Assembly (NCBI GenBank): GCA_963702095.1
Contig: OY969706.1
Span: forward strand, 1,856,001-1,920,000
Direction of reading: 5' to 3'
From: Candidatus Bathyarchaeota archaeon
GTDB lineage: Archaea > Thermoproteota > Bathyarchaeia > Bathyarchaeales > Bathycorpusculaceae
DNA length: 64,000 nucleotides
Part shown: positions 40,180 to 50,406 of the stretch, one piece after another
Layout: each line of letters opens with the position of its first letter
Numbering within the stretch: position 1 is the stretch's first letter
The notes under the pieces: generated by a model
The model's input: the letters and a program-made list of their open reading frames with translations, nothing else
What the model was told of the DNA's origin: nothing
Database searches by the model: none
Position numbers and translations under genes: made by a program

Positions 40180-40587
40180 ATGAAAAAAGTGTTTATCGGA
40201 GGACCCATTCTGGGCATTGAGAAACATCAGGACTACCGAAAAACAGTTACCCAAATCACGGACAAACTGGGCTTAGAAATCATCGACCCCTGGAAACGTG
40301 AACGCGTCCTCTACAACGGCACCGAAGAGTGCTGGTGGGATAAAGTTCCGACCTTCGATTTTGTCCAGCGGGACCTCGACGACGCCGATCGATGCGACAT
40401 TATGGTGGTGTACCTGCCTGTTCTCTCTGCGGGTGCCTGTATGGAGATGTTCTATGCTAAACGTAGGGGCAAAAAAGTCATCGTTGTCTCGCCGATTAAG
40501 TGCCTCAGCCCATGGATAGTCTACCATTCAGACATGATAATCAAGGGCTTCGACGAGTTGGAAGATATACTGCGTAAATTACTATAA
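40180..40587 (+). CDS. Nucleoside 2-deoxyribosyltransferase-like protein
   Basis: KVFIGGP, DLDDADRCDIMV, SAGACMEMFYA, KKVIVV. Confidence 0.7.
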   Translation: MKKVFIGGPILGIEKHQDYRKTVTQITDKLGLEIIDPWKRERVLYNGTEECWWDKVPTFDFVQRDLDDADRCDIMVVYLPVLSAGACMEMFYAKRRGKKVIVVSPIKCLSPWIVYHSDMIIKGFDELEDILRKLL

Positions 40588-40643
40588 TTCCTCCAATAGC
40601 CTATATTCCCAAAAAACAGCAAGAACAGCATTCGGTGTAGCCA

Positions 40644-41204
40644 GTGGACGCGTTAACCATCCTCTTAATCGCAGTCGGCTTAGCCATGGACGCCTTCGCG
40701 GTTTCGATAGCAAGCGGCATGACCATTACGGGCAACAGGCACAGAGCTGGCTTGTTGACGGCGGCTGCTTTCGGCGGCTTCCAGATGATTATGCCGGTGA
40801 TAGGCTGGGCAATTGGCTTAAGCTTGGCAGATTTTATTTCAAGCATTGACCACTGGATCGCGTTTGGTCTCTTGGCGTTTATCGGCGCAAAAATGATCTA
40901 CGAGGGAACAAAAAAAGAGGAAAAACACAACAGCTCAACTGAATTAAAAATGCATTCGCTGCTGATTTTGGCAGTAGCAACCAGCATTGACGCCTTGATG
41001 GTTGGCTTAAGCTTTGCTTTCCTACAAACCTCAATTGCACTGCCAATCGCGGTTATCGGCGCAGTCACGTTTGGGCTGTCTCTTGTCGGCTTCTACTTTG
41101 GCTGTGGCTTAGGCAAAGTTTTCGGGCACAGAATAGAGATCGTCGGCGGGATTGTGTTGATTCTTATTGGCTTAAAGATTTTGCTTGAGCACCTGCTTGC
41201 TTAG
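40644..41204 (+). CDS. mntP: Manganese efflux pump MntP
   Basis: GLAMDAFAVS, FQMIMP, IDHWIAF, ATSIDAL. Confidence 0.92.
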   Translation: MDALTILLIAVGLAMDAFAVSIASGMTITGNRHRAGLLTAAAFGGFQMIMPVIGWAIGLSLADFISSIDHWIAFGLLAFIGAKMIYEGTKKEEKHNSSTELKMHSLLILAVATSIDALMVGLSFAFLQTSIALPIAVIGAVTFGLSLVGFYFGCGLGKVFGHRIEIVGGIVLILIGLKILLEHLLA

Positions 41205-42816
41205 TGCGCCTGCTTTTAGGCTTGAATTCTTCTCTGACTTTCATTTCACGGCGTTTTTGGTTGTAGCCTAAGGCGAAGTCGTGGGTTGCGTCTCGGATTT
41301 TTCGTAGCAGAAGCATCATGCGGCTGTTTTTTTCAAACACTTTGGGTGAGGGGTCGTCTGGCCTGTAGATTTCCTCGTGTTCCTTCGCCAATCCAATCAG
41401 GGGAACCATAAGCCCCAGCTTGTCCAACGCAGCTTTAGCTGCGCTGACCTGTCCGGGTCCACCGTCGATCATCACCAAATCTGGCAAGGGATTTTTTTCT
41501 TCAACTTGCCGCGTATAACGCCGGGCCACCACCTCGTTCATAGCTGCGAAGTCGTCTTGCCCCGCAAACGACTTGATTTTGAATTTGCGGTAGTTTTTTT
41601 TGTCAGGCTTCGCATCCTTAAACGCCACCATGCCTGAAACCACGTGTTCAGTGCCCAAGTTGGAGATGTCAAAGCACTCGATTAGGCGCGGCAACACAGG
41701 CAGATTGAGGTTGTTCTGCAAATCCACCAGTGCACTGTCCACTTCAAGGCTGGATTCCAGGTTTTTTTCTGCCAGTTTCAGCAGAGCCAGCTTATCCGCC
41801 TTTCTGGGGATGGTCAATGAGACGGGTGCAAGCCGCTTCGCCGCCAGAAACTCTTCAAGCGCCTTCTTTTCCTGCGGTTCCATCCAAACTGGCTTGTTGA
41901 CCAAGATTTCCCGTGGGATCTGGTTGCTGGTGTAGAAGGCTTTGAGGAATTCCTGCTCGATTTGGGGTTGGACATCTACGGTGAATTCTTTTTTACCCAA
42001 TAGTACGCCTTTGCGGATGCCCATCTGTACTGCATGCAGTTTCTCGCCGACCAATTTGAAAACCATGACGTCTTGGTCAAAGCGGCGTTCGTTATCGACG
42101 ATTTGGCGTTGGGTCAACAGCCGTATGGAATTGATCTGTTTACGCAGCTCCAAGGCTTCCTCAAACCGCTCGTTGGCTGAAGCGTCCTGCATCTGGTCAG
42201 TCAAACTGTCGATGGTCTGTTCGTAGTTGCCGCCTAGAAAAGACCGTGCCTGCTTAACCTGCTGCTCATACTGTTCGGCGGAGACGTTGCCGACGCATGG
42301 TGCGGTGCACATGTGGATGTGGTAGTTGAGGCAGGCGCGTTTGTGCAGGGTTTTGCAGGTGCGGAGTTTGAAGACGCGGACGACTGCGCGTTGGAGGTCT
42401 TGGCGTGTGAAGCCTTCGGTGTAGGGTCCGAAGGATTCGAGTTTGCGGCTAACTTTGCGGCTGGTCAAAACCCTTGGAAACTGTTCCCTTGTAAGCGAGA
42501 TGTAGGCGTAGCTTTTGGCGTCTTTTAAGTCGATGTTGTATTTAGGCGTGTGCCGCTTGATGAGTTTGTTCTCAAGTAGCAGCGCCTCAACCTCATGGTT
42601 AAGGATAATCCAGTCGATGCTCCGAATATGCAAGACAAGTTGGCGGGTTTTGGCAGGTTGATCGCCGCCTGAGAAGTAGCTTTTGACGCGGCTGCGAAGG
42701 TTCTTGGCTTTGCCCACATAGAGGATCTCCCCTGCTTCGTCACGGTAGATGTAGACGCCGGGCTCAGTTGGGATATCGCTGCTTTTGAATTCCGAGGGGT
42801 CGTTTAGGGGAATCAT
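41164..42816 (-). CDS. uvrC: Excinuclease ABC subunit C (no C-terminal HhH domain)
   Basis: GIY-YIG PGVY..YVGKAKNLRSRV, UVR domain, IECFDISN, IDGGPGQ, IRDATH. Confidence 0.93.
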   Translation of the reverse strand: MIPLNDPSEFKSSDIPTEPGVYIYRDEAGEILYVGKAKNLRSRVKSYFSGGDQPAKTRQLVLHIRSIDWIILNHEVEALLLENKLIKRHTPKYNIDLKDAKSYAYISLTREQFPRVLTSRKVSRKLESFGPYTEGFTRQDLQRAVVRVFKLRTCKTLHKRACLNYHIHMCTAPCVGNVSAEQYEQQVKQARSFLGGNYEQTIDSLTDQMQDASANERFEEALELRKQINSIRLLTQRQIVDNERRFDQDVMVFKLVGEKLHAVQMGIRKGVLLGKKEFTVDVQPQIEQEFLKAFYTSNQIPREILVNKPVWMEPQEKKALEEFLAAKRLAPVSLTIPRKADKLALLKLAEKNLESSLEVDSALVDLQNNLNLPVLPRLIECFDISNLGTEHVVSGMVAFKDAKPDKKNYRKFKIKSFAGQDDFAAMNEVVARRYTRQVEEKNPLPDLVMIDGGPGQVSAAKAALDKLGLMVPLIGLAKEHEEIYRPDDPSPKVFEKNSRMMLLLRKIRDATHDFALGYNQKRREMKVREEFKPKSRRTKQAGAQAKSLSQ

Positions 42817-42894
42817 CTGTGTCGCTGAATACTTGACTCATCGTTGGATGCATTAAGCATTTCCCAAAGCCACATAAAATTTGGGGCGTGCTTG

Positions 42895-43030
42895 TTTTTT
42901 CTATAGTTGTTGTTGGCGAAAACCGCCTATACACTACAACAACCAACAGGCGGCTTAGGCGGGTGTGTTATGGCGTCAGGTTGCGTTTTGGGTTGCAGGC
43001 TGGTTGTGGCGGATTCTACAAAGTTCAATT
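42895..43030 (-). repeat. Dispersed repeat family B
   Basis: Reverse complement gaatccgccacaaccagcctgcaaccc..gttggttgttgtagtgtatagg; closest to 62544-62670. Confidence 0.75.
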
Positions 43031-43271
43031 TGAGGAAGTTGATGCTCCCGTGAGCTTCCCCTCTTGTATGATAGGGCAAACTGTTTTTTTGTCTCTTTTA
43101 TGTCGATTCGGCGATTTTTAGGGTTCCACAAGGCTGCAGCTGGGCGGTTGTTTTTTTGTTTTACAAACGTTTGTTCGGAGAATTTTCCGTTTAATATTAC
43201 TGTATTCGCTAGTGTAGCCACATATTGTTATATTGTCGGAACTCATGGGGTCATGATGGGGTTAAGCAAAG

Positions 43272-45105
43272 ATGGGGTATTCTATTCAATCAAAAGCGGC
43301 TCCAGTGTCTGATTGGGCAAAAGCTGAACCGCTCCCGAAAATCGAGGACCATGCGCTGATTGGAGACATGCACTCCGCGACGCTCATAACCAAAGGAGGC
43401 ACTATCGATTGGCTCTGCCTACCGGCCTTTCGACTCCGACGCATGCTTCGCTGCGCTCTTGGGAACGGCTGAAAATGGGTACTGGCGGATTGCCCCCAGC
43501 GACGTCGCGGCTAAGACTTTGCGCCGGTATCGGAAGGACACGCTGATTTTAGAGACGGATTTCACCACTGAGGCTGGTACCGTCCGCTTGGTCGATTTTA
43601 TGCCACCTTGGGGAGGACGCGATCATTCGGAGATCTGCCGTAGTGTCGAGTGCCTTAATGGAGAAGTCCCGATGCGCTCCGAGTTCACCCCGCGATTTGC
43701 CTTCGGACGCGCAATTCCACGGTTTGATCAACTCGAAGAGGCTACACAGGCTCTGGCTGGACCTGACGCGCTCTACCTATTTGGCGGCCCAACCTCAGGT
43801 GCCCCGGCTGTAGCGACGGACTTTGTACTGTCCAAAGGAGACTTTGTGTCATACGTGCTTGCCGATTCGCGTTCATGGGAGGCTCCTCCACACCCTTCAA
43901 ACTACGCCAGGGCAGAGCGCGAAACAGAAGAGTACTGGAGGTGTTGGTGCTCAAAAATCCAGGCACCCGCCCGATGGCGCGACGAGGTCTATCGATCGCT
44001 AATCACACTCAAGGCGTGTTCCTACGAGCCGACAGGGGGCATTGTTGCTGCCCCGACAACGTCGCTGCCTGAAACTCCTGGTGGCGAACGCAACTGGGAC
44101 TACCGTTTCTGCTGGCTCCGTGACGCGGTACTTACGGTTAACGCGCTTACGCGCTCTGGACTTGGGGATGAGGCACTTTCTTTCGTCCGTTGGGTCCTGC
44201 GCGCCGTTGCCGGTGACCCTTCTCAGGTACAGATAATGTATGGCATCCGTGGCGAGCGTCGGCTCTCAGAGGTCGAGCTTGGGTGGCTTCCTGGTTACGG
44301 CGACGCAAAGCCCGTGCGGATTGGCAATGCTGCTTACGAGCAATTTCAGCTCGATGTTCTTGGGGAAGTCTCCGCCGTAGTCTATGAGGTAAGCAAGCGG
44401 CGTGGCATTCTCGGCCCCGATGCGGAGCGTGCGCTTTTTAATATTGCTCGCTACGTTTCAAACGCTTGGCGGCGACCAGACCGCGGCATCTGGGAGATGC
44501 GTGGACCTGAGCGAGCATTCACCGCGTCCAAGGTGTCAGCTTGGACATCGCTCGATAGGGCAATCCGGTACGTCGAGGAACATGGGCTACCCCAGCCTAT
44601 AGATGATCTTCGCGCCGCACGAAAAGAAATATTCGAAGAGGTTTGCCGCGAAGGATTCGATAAGGAGCGCAATACCTTCACACAGTACTATGGAGGTAAG
44701 GGGCTTGACGCCAGCCTTTTGTTCATCCCTATTTCCGGCTTCCTGCCGCCTAATGACCCACGGGTTCTGGGAACGGTCGCTGCAATCGAGCGCGAACTCC
44801 TCCAGGACGGGTTGGTATTGCGATTCAAGCCCGAGGGGGAGGTTGATGGACTCTCCGGCGACGAAGGGGTCTTCCTTGCCTGCTCGTTCTGGCTGGCGGA
44901 TGTTTACCATATGCAGGGGAGGGAGGAGGACGCCCATAGGCTGTTTGAACGGGTTCTTTCGCTGGCCAATGACGTTGGGCTACTCGCTGAGGAATATGAC
45001 CCAAAGGAAAAGCGGCAGCTTGGCAACTTCCCGCAGGCGTTCAGCCACTTCCCGCTGATCAACACGGCTTACCTGCTCTCGCAGGAGAAGCCAGCACCCC
45101 CCTGA
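43272..45105 (+). CDS. GH15 glycoside hydrolase (trehalase/glucoamylase-like), frameshift near 43428
   Basis: IEDHALIGD..IDWLCLP(AFDS); AAPTTSLPE, RNWDYRFCWLRD, GIWEMRG, GLLAEEYD..LGNFPQAFSH; one extra T in cctttcgac. Confidence 0.85.
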
Positions 45106-45232
45106 AAGCGCCCAATGTAGGGCTTGAGAAGAAAATGCGAGGGCTCTGACGGTCGCGCGGTCAGTGTTCATTGATAGATATCGGGTTAAATGGAGATATT
45201 GCAGCTTAGTTCTTCTGGACCATTGATTGGGA

Positions 45233-48136
45233 TCATGATGGCTGTGTCACTGTCAAGGGTGCTTCTTGGGCTTTGCCTTTAAGTATCTTCTCCAAAAAAT
45301 GCCCAGTATAGCTGTGCCCAACTTTTGCGACTTCCTCAGGTGTACCCTGTGCTAGGAGTTCGCCGCCTGCTGCGCCGCCTTCAGGTCCTAAGTCGATGAG
45401 GTAGTCGCAGCTTTTGATGACGTCGAGGTTGTGTTCGATGATGTAGACTGTGTTGCCGTTGTCTACGAGGCGGTTGAGGACGCGGATGAGGCGTTTGGTG
45501 TCGTCGAAGTGCAGCCCGGTTGTGGGTTCGTCGAGCATGTAGATGACGTGCCCGGTTTTGTGTTTGCTGAGTTCTCGGGTGATTTTGATGCGTTGGCTTT
45601 CACCGCCTGAGAGCTGAGTGGAGCTCTGCCCCAGTTTGATGTAACCCAAGCCCACGTCGAGCAGAGTCTGCAGTTTACGGAAAACCCTCGGCGTGTTCTC
45701 GAAGAATTTGGCTGCCTCCTCCACAGTCATATCCAGCACCTCCGCGATGTTTTTGCTCTTGTACTGGATGTCGAGGGTTTCTTTGTTGTAGCGTTTGCCC
45801 TTGCATTCGCTGCATTGGACGTAGACGTCGGGGAGGAAGTTCATTTCTATGCGGATGACGCCGTCGCCTTGGCAGTTTTCGCATCTGCCGCCTTTGACGT
45901 TGAAGCTGAAGCGGCCTTCTTTGTAGCCTCGGGCTTTGGCTTCTTTGGTGGAAGCAAAAATCCTGCGGATTTTATCGAAGAGTTTGGTGTATGTGGCGGG
46001 GTTGCTGCGGGGTGTTCTGCCGATGGGGTCTTGGTCGATGACTATGACATTGCGGACGACTTCTGGTACGTCTAAGCCTTCGTGTTTGCCGACTTTGTCT
46101 ACTTGTTCGCCGAACATTTGGCACAATGCGGGGATGACTGTGAGGTTCATAAGTGTGCTTTTGCCTGAGCCTGAGACGCCTGTGACTCCGCAGAGGACGC
46201 CTAGGGGCAACTGTAGGCTGAGGTTTTTGAGGTTGTTCTCCTTGGCACCCTTAACGGTGATGTAATCGACGGGTTTTCGTCTCTCTGTAGGCACCTCGAT
46301 TTTGAGGTCGCCTGAAAGGTACTTGCCCGTGAGGCTTCGCTGGTTCGCCATGACTTCTTGGGGTGTTCCTTCGGCGACTATGTGGCCGCCATGCACTCCT
46401 GCGCCGGGTCCCATGTCCACAATGTAGTCGGCATGGCGCATCGTGTCCTCGTCGTGTTCCACCACGATTAGGGTGTTGCCTAAGTCGCGGAGTCGTTGCA
46501 GGGTGCTCAGCAGCTTGGCGTTGTCGCGTTGGTGCAAGCCGATGCTGGGTTCGTCGAGGATGTAGAGGACGCCCATGAGGTTGCTGCCTATCTGCGTGGC
46601 TAAACGGATGCGTTGGGCTTCTCCGCCAGAGAGCGTCTTTGCCGCGCGGGACAGGGAAAGGTAGCCTAACCCCACGTTTTTGAGGAAGCCCAATCTTTCG
46701 TTGATTTCTTTTAGCACCTGCTTAGCGATGGAGAGGTCTTTTTCATTGAGTTTGGGCGGCAGGTCATGGAAGAAATCTACTGACTCCTCAATCGACAAAT
46801 CCGTCACATCAATGATGCTTTTATCGAGAATCTCCACTGCCAACACCACGGGCTGGAGTTTTTTGCCGTTGCAGCCGTTGCAGGGGCGGGCAGTCATGAA
46901 TTTTTCTATGTCTTCTTTGCGCCATTCGCTCTCCGTTTGGCGGTAGAGCCGCATGGTTTGGTGGATGACGCCTTCCCAGCCGTCACGCATCCACATGTTT
47001 GCGCCGTTGGACCAGTTACCCACGATGGGTTCGCGGTCGCCGTAGAGCAGCACCTGCAACTGCGCCTCAGTAAAGTCCTTGAGGGGGGTAAACACGTCGA
47101 AACCATGCTTCTTGCCCACTATCGCCAACTGCTGGGCTCGCCAACTGAGGTCCATGGTGCCCTTGTAAACTGCCAACCCCCCATCCATAATGGAGAGGTT
47201 TTTGTCGGGGATGACTTTGTCAGGGGTGACTTCGGTGATTTCTCCCAAACCGTGGCAGACTGGGCATGCGCCAAACGGAGAGTTAAAGCTAAACATGCGG
47301 GGTTCAAGGCTTTCGAAGACGATTTCGGGGTGGTTTGGGCAAGCGCCAAAAGTGCTGTACATGGTTTCGCCTTCGAAGCGTTCCAGCTCTTTTTTCTTGC
47401 TTGCATCATCATCCGATGCATCAATAACAATCATCGTTCCCTTGCCAGTTTTTAGGGCCCCTTCGACGGCTTCGGCGACGCGGGAGCGTTCCTCATCTAC
47501 GATGGCGACTGTGTCTATGACAGCTTCAATCCAGTGCTTCTCATAGCGAACCAGCTTAACCTCTTCTTTGATGTTGTCGGCTTCGTAGATTTTTTGGTCA
47601 ACACGGATTTTTGTGTAGCCCTCTTTTTTGAGGTCATCGAAAACCTGTTCATGGGTGCCTTTCATGCCTCGGATAATCGGAGCTAAGAACACGAGGACTT
47701 TGTCTTTCTCTGCCATGATGAGGCTGGTGATGTTTTCGGGGCTTTGGGGGTGGATGCTGCTGCCGCATTTGGGGCAGTGGTGGGTGCCGATGCGGGCATA
47801 AAGCAGGCGGAGGTAATCGTAGATTTCGGTGACTGTGCCTACGGTGCTGCGGGGGTTTTTGCTGGTGCTCTTCTGCTCGATGCTAATGGCGGGGGATAAG
47901 CCGTCGATGCTGTCAACGTCGGGTTTGTCCATTAACCCCAGAAATTGGCGGGCATAGGCGGATAAGCTTTCGACATAGCGGCGTTGTCCCTCGGCGTAGA
48001 TTGTGTCAAACGCCAACGTGGATTTGCCTGAGCCTGAGAGCCCAGTTATAACTATCAATTTGTTGCGGGGCAACTCTAAATCTATGTTTTTTAAGTTGTG
48101 CTCCCGTGCACCCTTAATGGAAATGTTATCACGCAT
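45233..48136 (-). CDS. uvrA: Excinuclease ABC subunit A
   Basis: GAREHNLKN, two Walker A motifs (GLSGSGKS, GVSGSGKS), LSGGE twice, zinc modules. Confidence 0.97.
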   Translation of the reverse strand: MRDNISIKGAREHNLKNIDLELPRNKLIVITGLSGSGKSTLAFDTIYAEGQRRYVESLSAYARQFLGLMDKPDVDSIDGLSPAISIEQKSTSKNPRSTVGTVTEIYDYLRLLYARIGTHHCPKCGSSIHPQSPENITSLIMAEKDKVLVFLAPIIRGMKGTHEQVFDDLKKEGYTKIRVDQKIYEADNIKEEVKLVRYEKHWIEAVIDTVAIVDEERSRVAEAVEGALKTGKGTMIVIDASDDDASKKKELERFEGETMYSTFGACPNHPEIVFESLEPRMFSFNSPFGACPVCHGLGEITEVTPDKVIPDKNLSIMDGGLAVYKGTMDLSWRAQQLAIVGKKHGFDVFTPLKDFTEAQLQVLLYGDREPIVGNWSNGANMWMRDGWEGVIHQTMRLYRQTESEWRKEDIEKFMTARPCNGCNGKKLQPVVLAVEILDKSIIDVTDLSIEESVDFFHDLPPKLNEKDLSIAKQVLKEINERLGFLKNVGLGYLSLSRAAKTLSGGEAQRIRLATQIGSNLMGVLYILDEPSIGLHQRDNAKLLSTLQRLRDLGNTLIVVEHDEDTMRHADYIVDMGPGAGVHGGHIVAEGTPQEVMANQRSLTGKYLSGDLKIEVPTERRKPVDYITVKGAKENNLKNLSLQLPLGVLCGVTGVSGSGKSTLMNLTVIPALCQMFGEQVDKVGKHEGLDVPEVVRNVIVIDQDPIGRTPRSNPATYTKLFDKIRRIFASTKEAKARGYKEGRFSFNVKGGRCENCQGDGVIRIEMNFLPDVYVQCSECKGKRYNKETLDIQYKSKNIAEVLDMTVEEAAKFFENTPRVFRKLQTLLDVGLGYIKLGQSSTQLSGGESQRIKITRELSKHKTGHVIYMLDEPTTGLHFDDTKRLIRVLNRLVDNGNTVYIIEHNLDVIKSCDYLIDLGPEGGAAGGELLAQGTPEEVAKVGHSYTGHFLEKILKGKAQEAPLTVTQPS

Positions 48137-48221
48137 TACTCTAACCAGTTCCCTTCTCAGTTATGTGGCAGGTTCTAGCTTCTTTTAACCCCTAAGATTA
48201 GAACCTTATTGCATCAAACCC

Positions 48222-50180
48222 CTAAATTTCGGGTTTAACCGCCGCGTTTTCCATCTTGTGAGCCAACGCCTTGCGCAACTCAGCAATCGCATCGCGGATT
48301 TCAATGGCTTTCTCGAACTCCAATTTCTCCGCTGCCTCACGCATCTTCGCGTCTAACTCGACAATTTGGCGTTGGATGTCGGATTTGGCGAGGTGTTTGG
48401 TGCCTTTGATGGTGCTTTCTTTTATGGTGACGGCTTTGACGATTGTTGCCGGCGTTATTCCATGTTGCTGGTTGTAGCGTTTCTGTACGTTTCGGCGGTA
48501 ATAGGTAAGTTCCATGGCGCGTTTGATGCTTTGGGTTTGGACGTCGGCGTATAGGTGGACTTTGCCGTTGACGTTGCGGGCTGCTCTGCCGATGGTTTGG
48601 ATGAGACTGCGTTCGTCGCGGAGAAAGCCTTCTTTGTCGGCGTCTAAGATGAATATGGTGGCAACTTCAGGAATGTCTAAGCCTTCGCGGAGTAGGTTGA
48701 TGCCGACGAGGATGTCGTATTCGCCTACACGGAGCTGCCGCACCAGTTCAATGCGGTCGAGGCTCTCTATGTCGCTGTGCAGGTATCGGACGCGGAAGCC
48801 CTCTTTAACAAGGTAATCGGTCAAATCCTCAGCCATCCGCTTGGTTAAGGTGGTGACGAGTACGCGGTCGCCCCGCTCAATCGTCTTCTTCGCCTCACCC
48901 ATGAGATGCCGCATCTGCCCCTCGATAGGGTGCATCTCCACTTCAGGATCCAAAAGTCCCGTTGGTCGCGTAATCAATTCGACGGGGGGCCCGCTCTTTT
49001 CCAGTTCATACTCAGCGGGGGTTGCTGAGGTAAAAAGGACTCGCCCCATTTTCCTTTCAAATTCCTCGAATTTTAAGGGGCGATTGTCGAGTGCACTGGG
49101 AAGGCGGAAACCGAAGTCGACTAGGTTTTTTTTGCGGCTGTAGTCGCCGTTGTACATGCCTCTTGCTTGGGGGATGGTTTGGTGGCTTTCATCGATTATG
49201 AGTAAGTAGTCTTTGGGGAAGTAGTCGATGAGTGTAAAGGGGGGTGCGCCGGGTCGGCGTCCGTCGAAGTGGCGGCTGTAGTTTTCCATGCCTGCGCAGA
49301 AGCCGATTTCACGGATCATCTCTAAATCGTAGTTTGTGCGTTGTTTCAGCCGCTGTGCTTCAAGGGGCGGAAGCACTTTTAGGCGTTGTTCAAGCTCCTG
49401 CTCGATATGCTCCAGTGCCAATGCATGTTTCTCTTCGGGGACGACGTATTGGCGGGCGGGGTAAAGGGTAAGTTGGTCGAGGCTGTTCTGCACGTTACCA
49501 GTGATGCGGTGCACCTCCTTAATTTTGGAGACGATGTTGCCCGTTATTTCGACTCGGAGGATGTCATTCTCGTAAGATGGCACTACGTCGACTGTGTCGC
49601 CTCGGACGCGGAACCTGCCGGGTTCCAACACCTGGTCGTTGCGTTCATACTGCATGTCCACCAAGGAGTGGATAAGCTGTGTTCGGCTCATGTGGCCGCC
49701 CACTTCGAGTTTGATGGCCATTGTGCGGAAGTCGTCAGGGTTTCCTAAGCTGTAAATGCAGCTAATCGAAGCTACGATGATGGTGTCGTTGCGGCTCACG
49801 ATGCTCGACACGGCGTGCATGCGCATCTTTTCGATTTCGTCGTTGACTGTGCTGTCTTTTTCGATGTACATGTCCTGTGCTGGCAGGTAGGATTCGGGTT
49901 GGTAGTAATCGTAAAATGATATGAAGAATTCAACTCGGTTATGGGGGAAAAGCTCTTTGAGTTCACCGTAGAGTTGGGCTGCGAGTGTTTTGTTGTGTGC
50001 CAAAATCAACGTGGGCTTCTGCAGTTTGCTGATCACGTTTGCCATTACATAGGTTTTGCCGCTGCCCGTTATGCCTAAAAGCGTCTGCTTGTCTTTGCCC
50101 CCATAATTGTGGACTAGCTGCTCAACGGCGGCTTCTTGTCCAGGCGAAATTTTGTATGGCGAAACAAGCTCGAACTGCAC
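48222..50180 (-). CDS. uvrB: Excinuclease ABC subunit B
   Basis: GITGSGKT, YDYYQPE, DESH, LIQTIGRAAR, C-terminal UVR domain. Confidence 0.97.
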   Translation of the reverse strand: MQFELVSPYKISPGQEAAVEQLVHNYGGKDKQTLLGITGSGKTYVMANVISKLQKPTLILAHNKTLAAQLYGELKELFPHNRVEFFISFYDYYQPESYLPAQDMYIEKDSTVNDEIEKMRMHAVSSIVSRNDTIIVASISCIYSLGNPDDFRTMAIKLEVGGHMSRTQLIHSLVDMQYERNDQVLEPGRFRVRGDTVDVVPSYENDILRVEITGNIVSKIKEVHRITGNVQNSLDQLTLYPARQYVVPEEKHALALEHIEQELEQRLKVLPPLEAQRLKQRTNYDLEMIREIGFCAGMENYSRHFDGRRPGAPPFTLIDYFPKDYLLIIDESHQTIPQARGMYNGDYSRKKNLVDFGFRLPSALDNRPLKFEEFERKMGRVLFTSATPAEYELEKSGPPVELITRPTGLLDPEVEMHPIEGQMRHLMGEAKKTIERGDRVLVTTLTKRMAEDLTDYLVKEGFRVRYLHSDIESLDRIELVRQLRVGEYDILVGINLLREGLDIPEVATIFILDADKEGFLRDERSLIQTIGRAARNVNGKVHLYADVQTQSIKRAMELTYYRRNVQKRYNQQHGITPATIVKAVTIKESTIKGTKHLAKSDIQRQIVELDAKMREAAEKLEFEKAIEIRDAIAELRKALAHKMENAAVKPEI

Positions 50181-50345
50181 TCTACTCTACTTCCCACAAA
50201 CGACAGATTCACCCAATCAATTGGATTAATAAGTTTTTGCACCAAACAACGCAAATTCAGGCGCAGTTGATATTGTGCAGAAAAGGTTCGCAGAAACATA
50301 GCAAGTGACGGGTAAGTTACGCCTTTATTTAAATCCATGGTTATG

Positions 50346-50374
50346 TGAAACGCTCGTTCCAAAATAGTCCTTAA
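50346..50374 (+). promoter_or_regulatory. 16-bp palindrome plus TTAA box upstream of exported protein gene
   Basis: TGAAACG-CT-CGTTCCA, 9 nt, then TTAA; same layout as 52485-52513. Confidence 0.7.
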
Positions 50375-50406
50375 CTACCAGTAAGCCCCTACTACAGTGA
50401 TGACCG

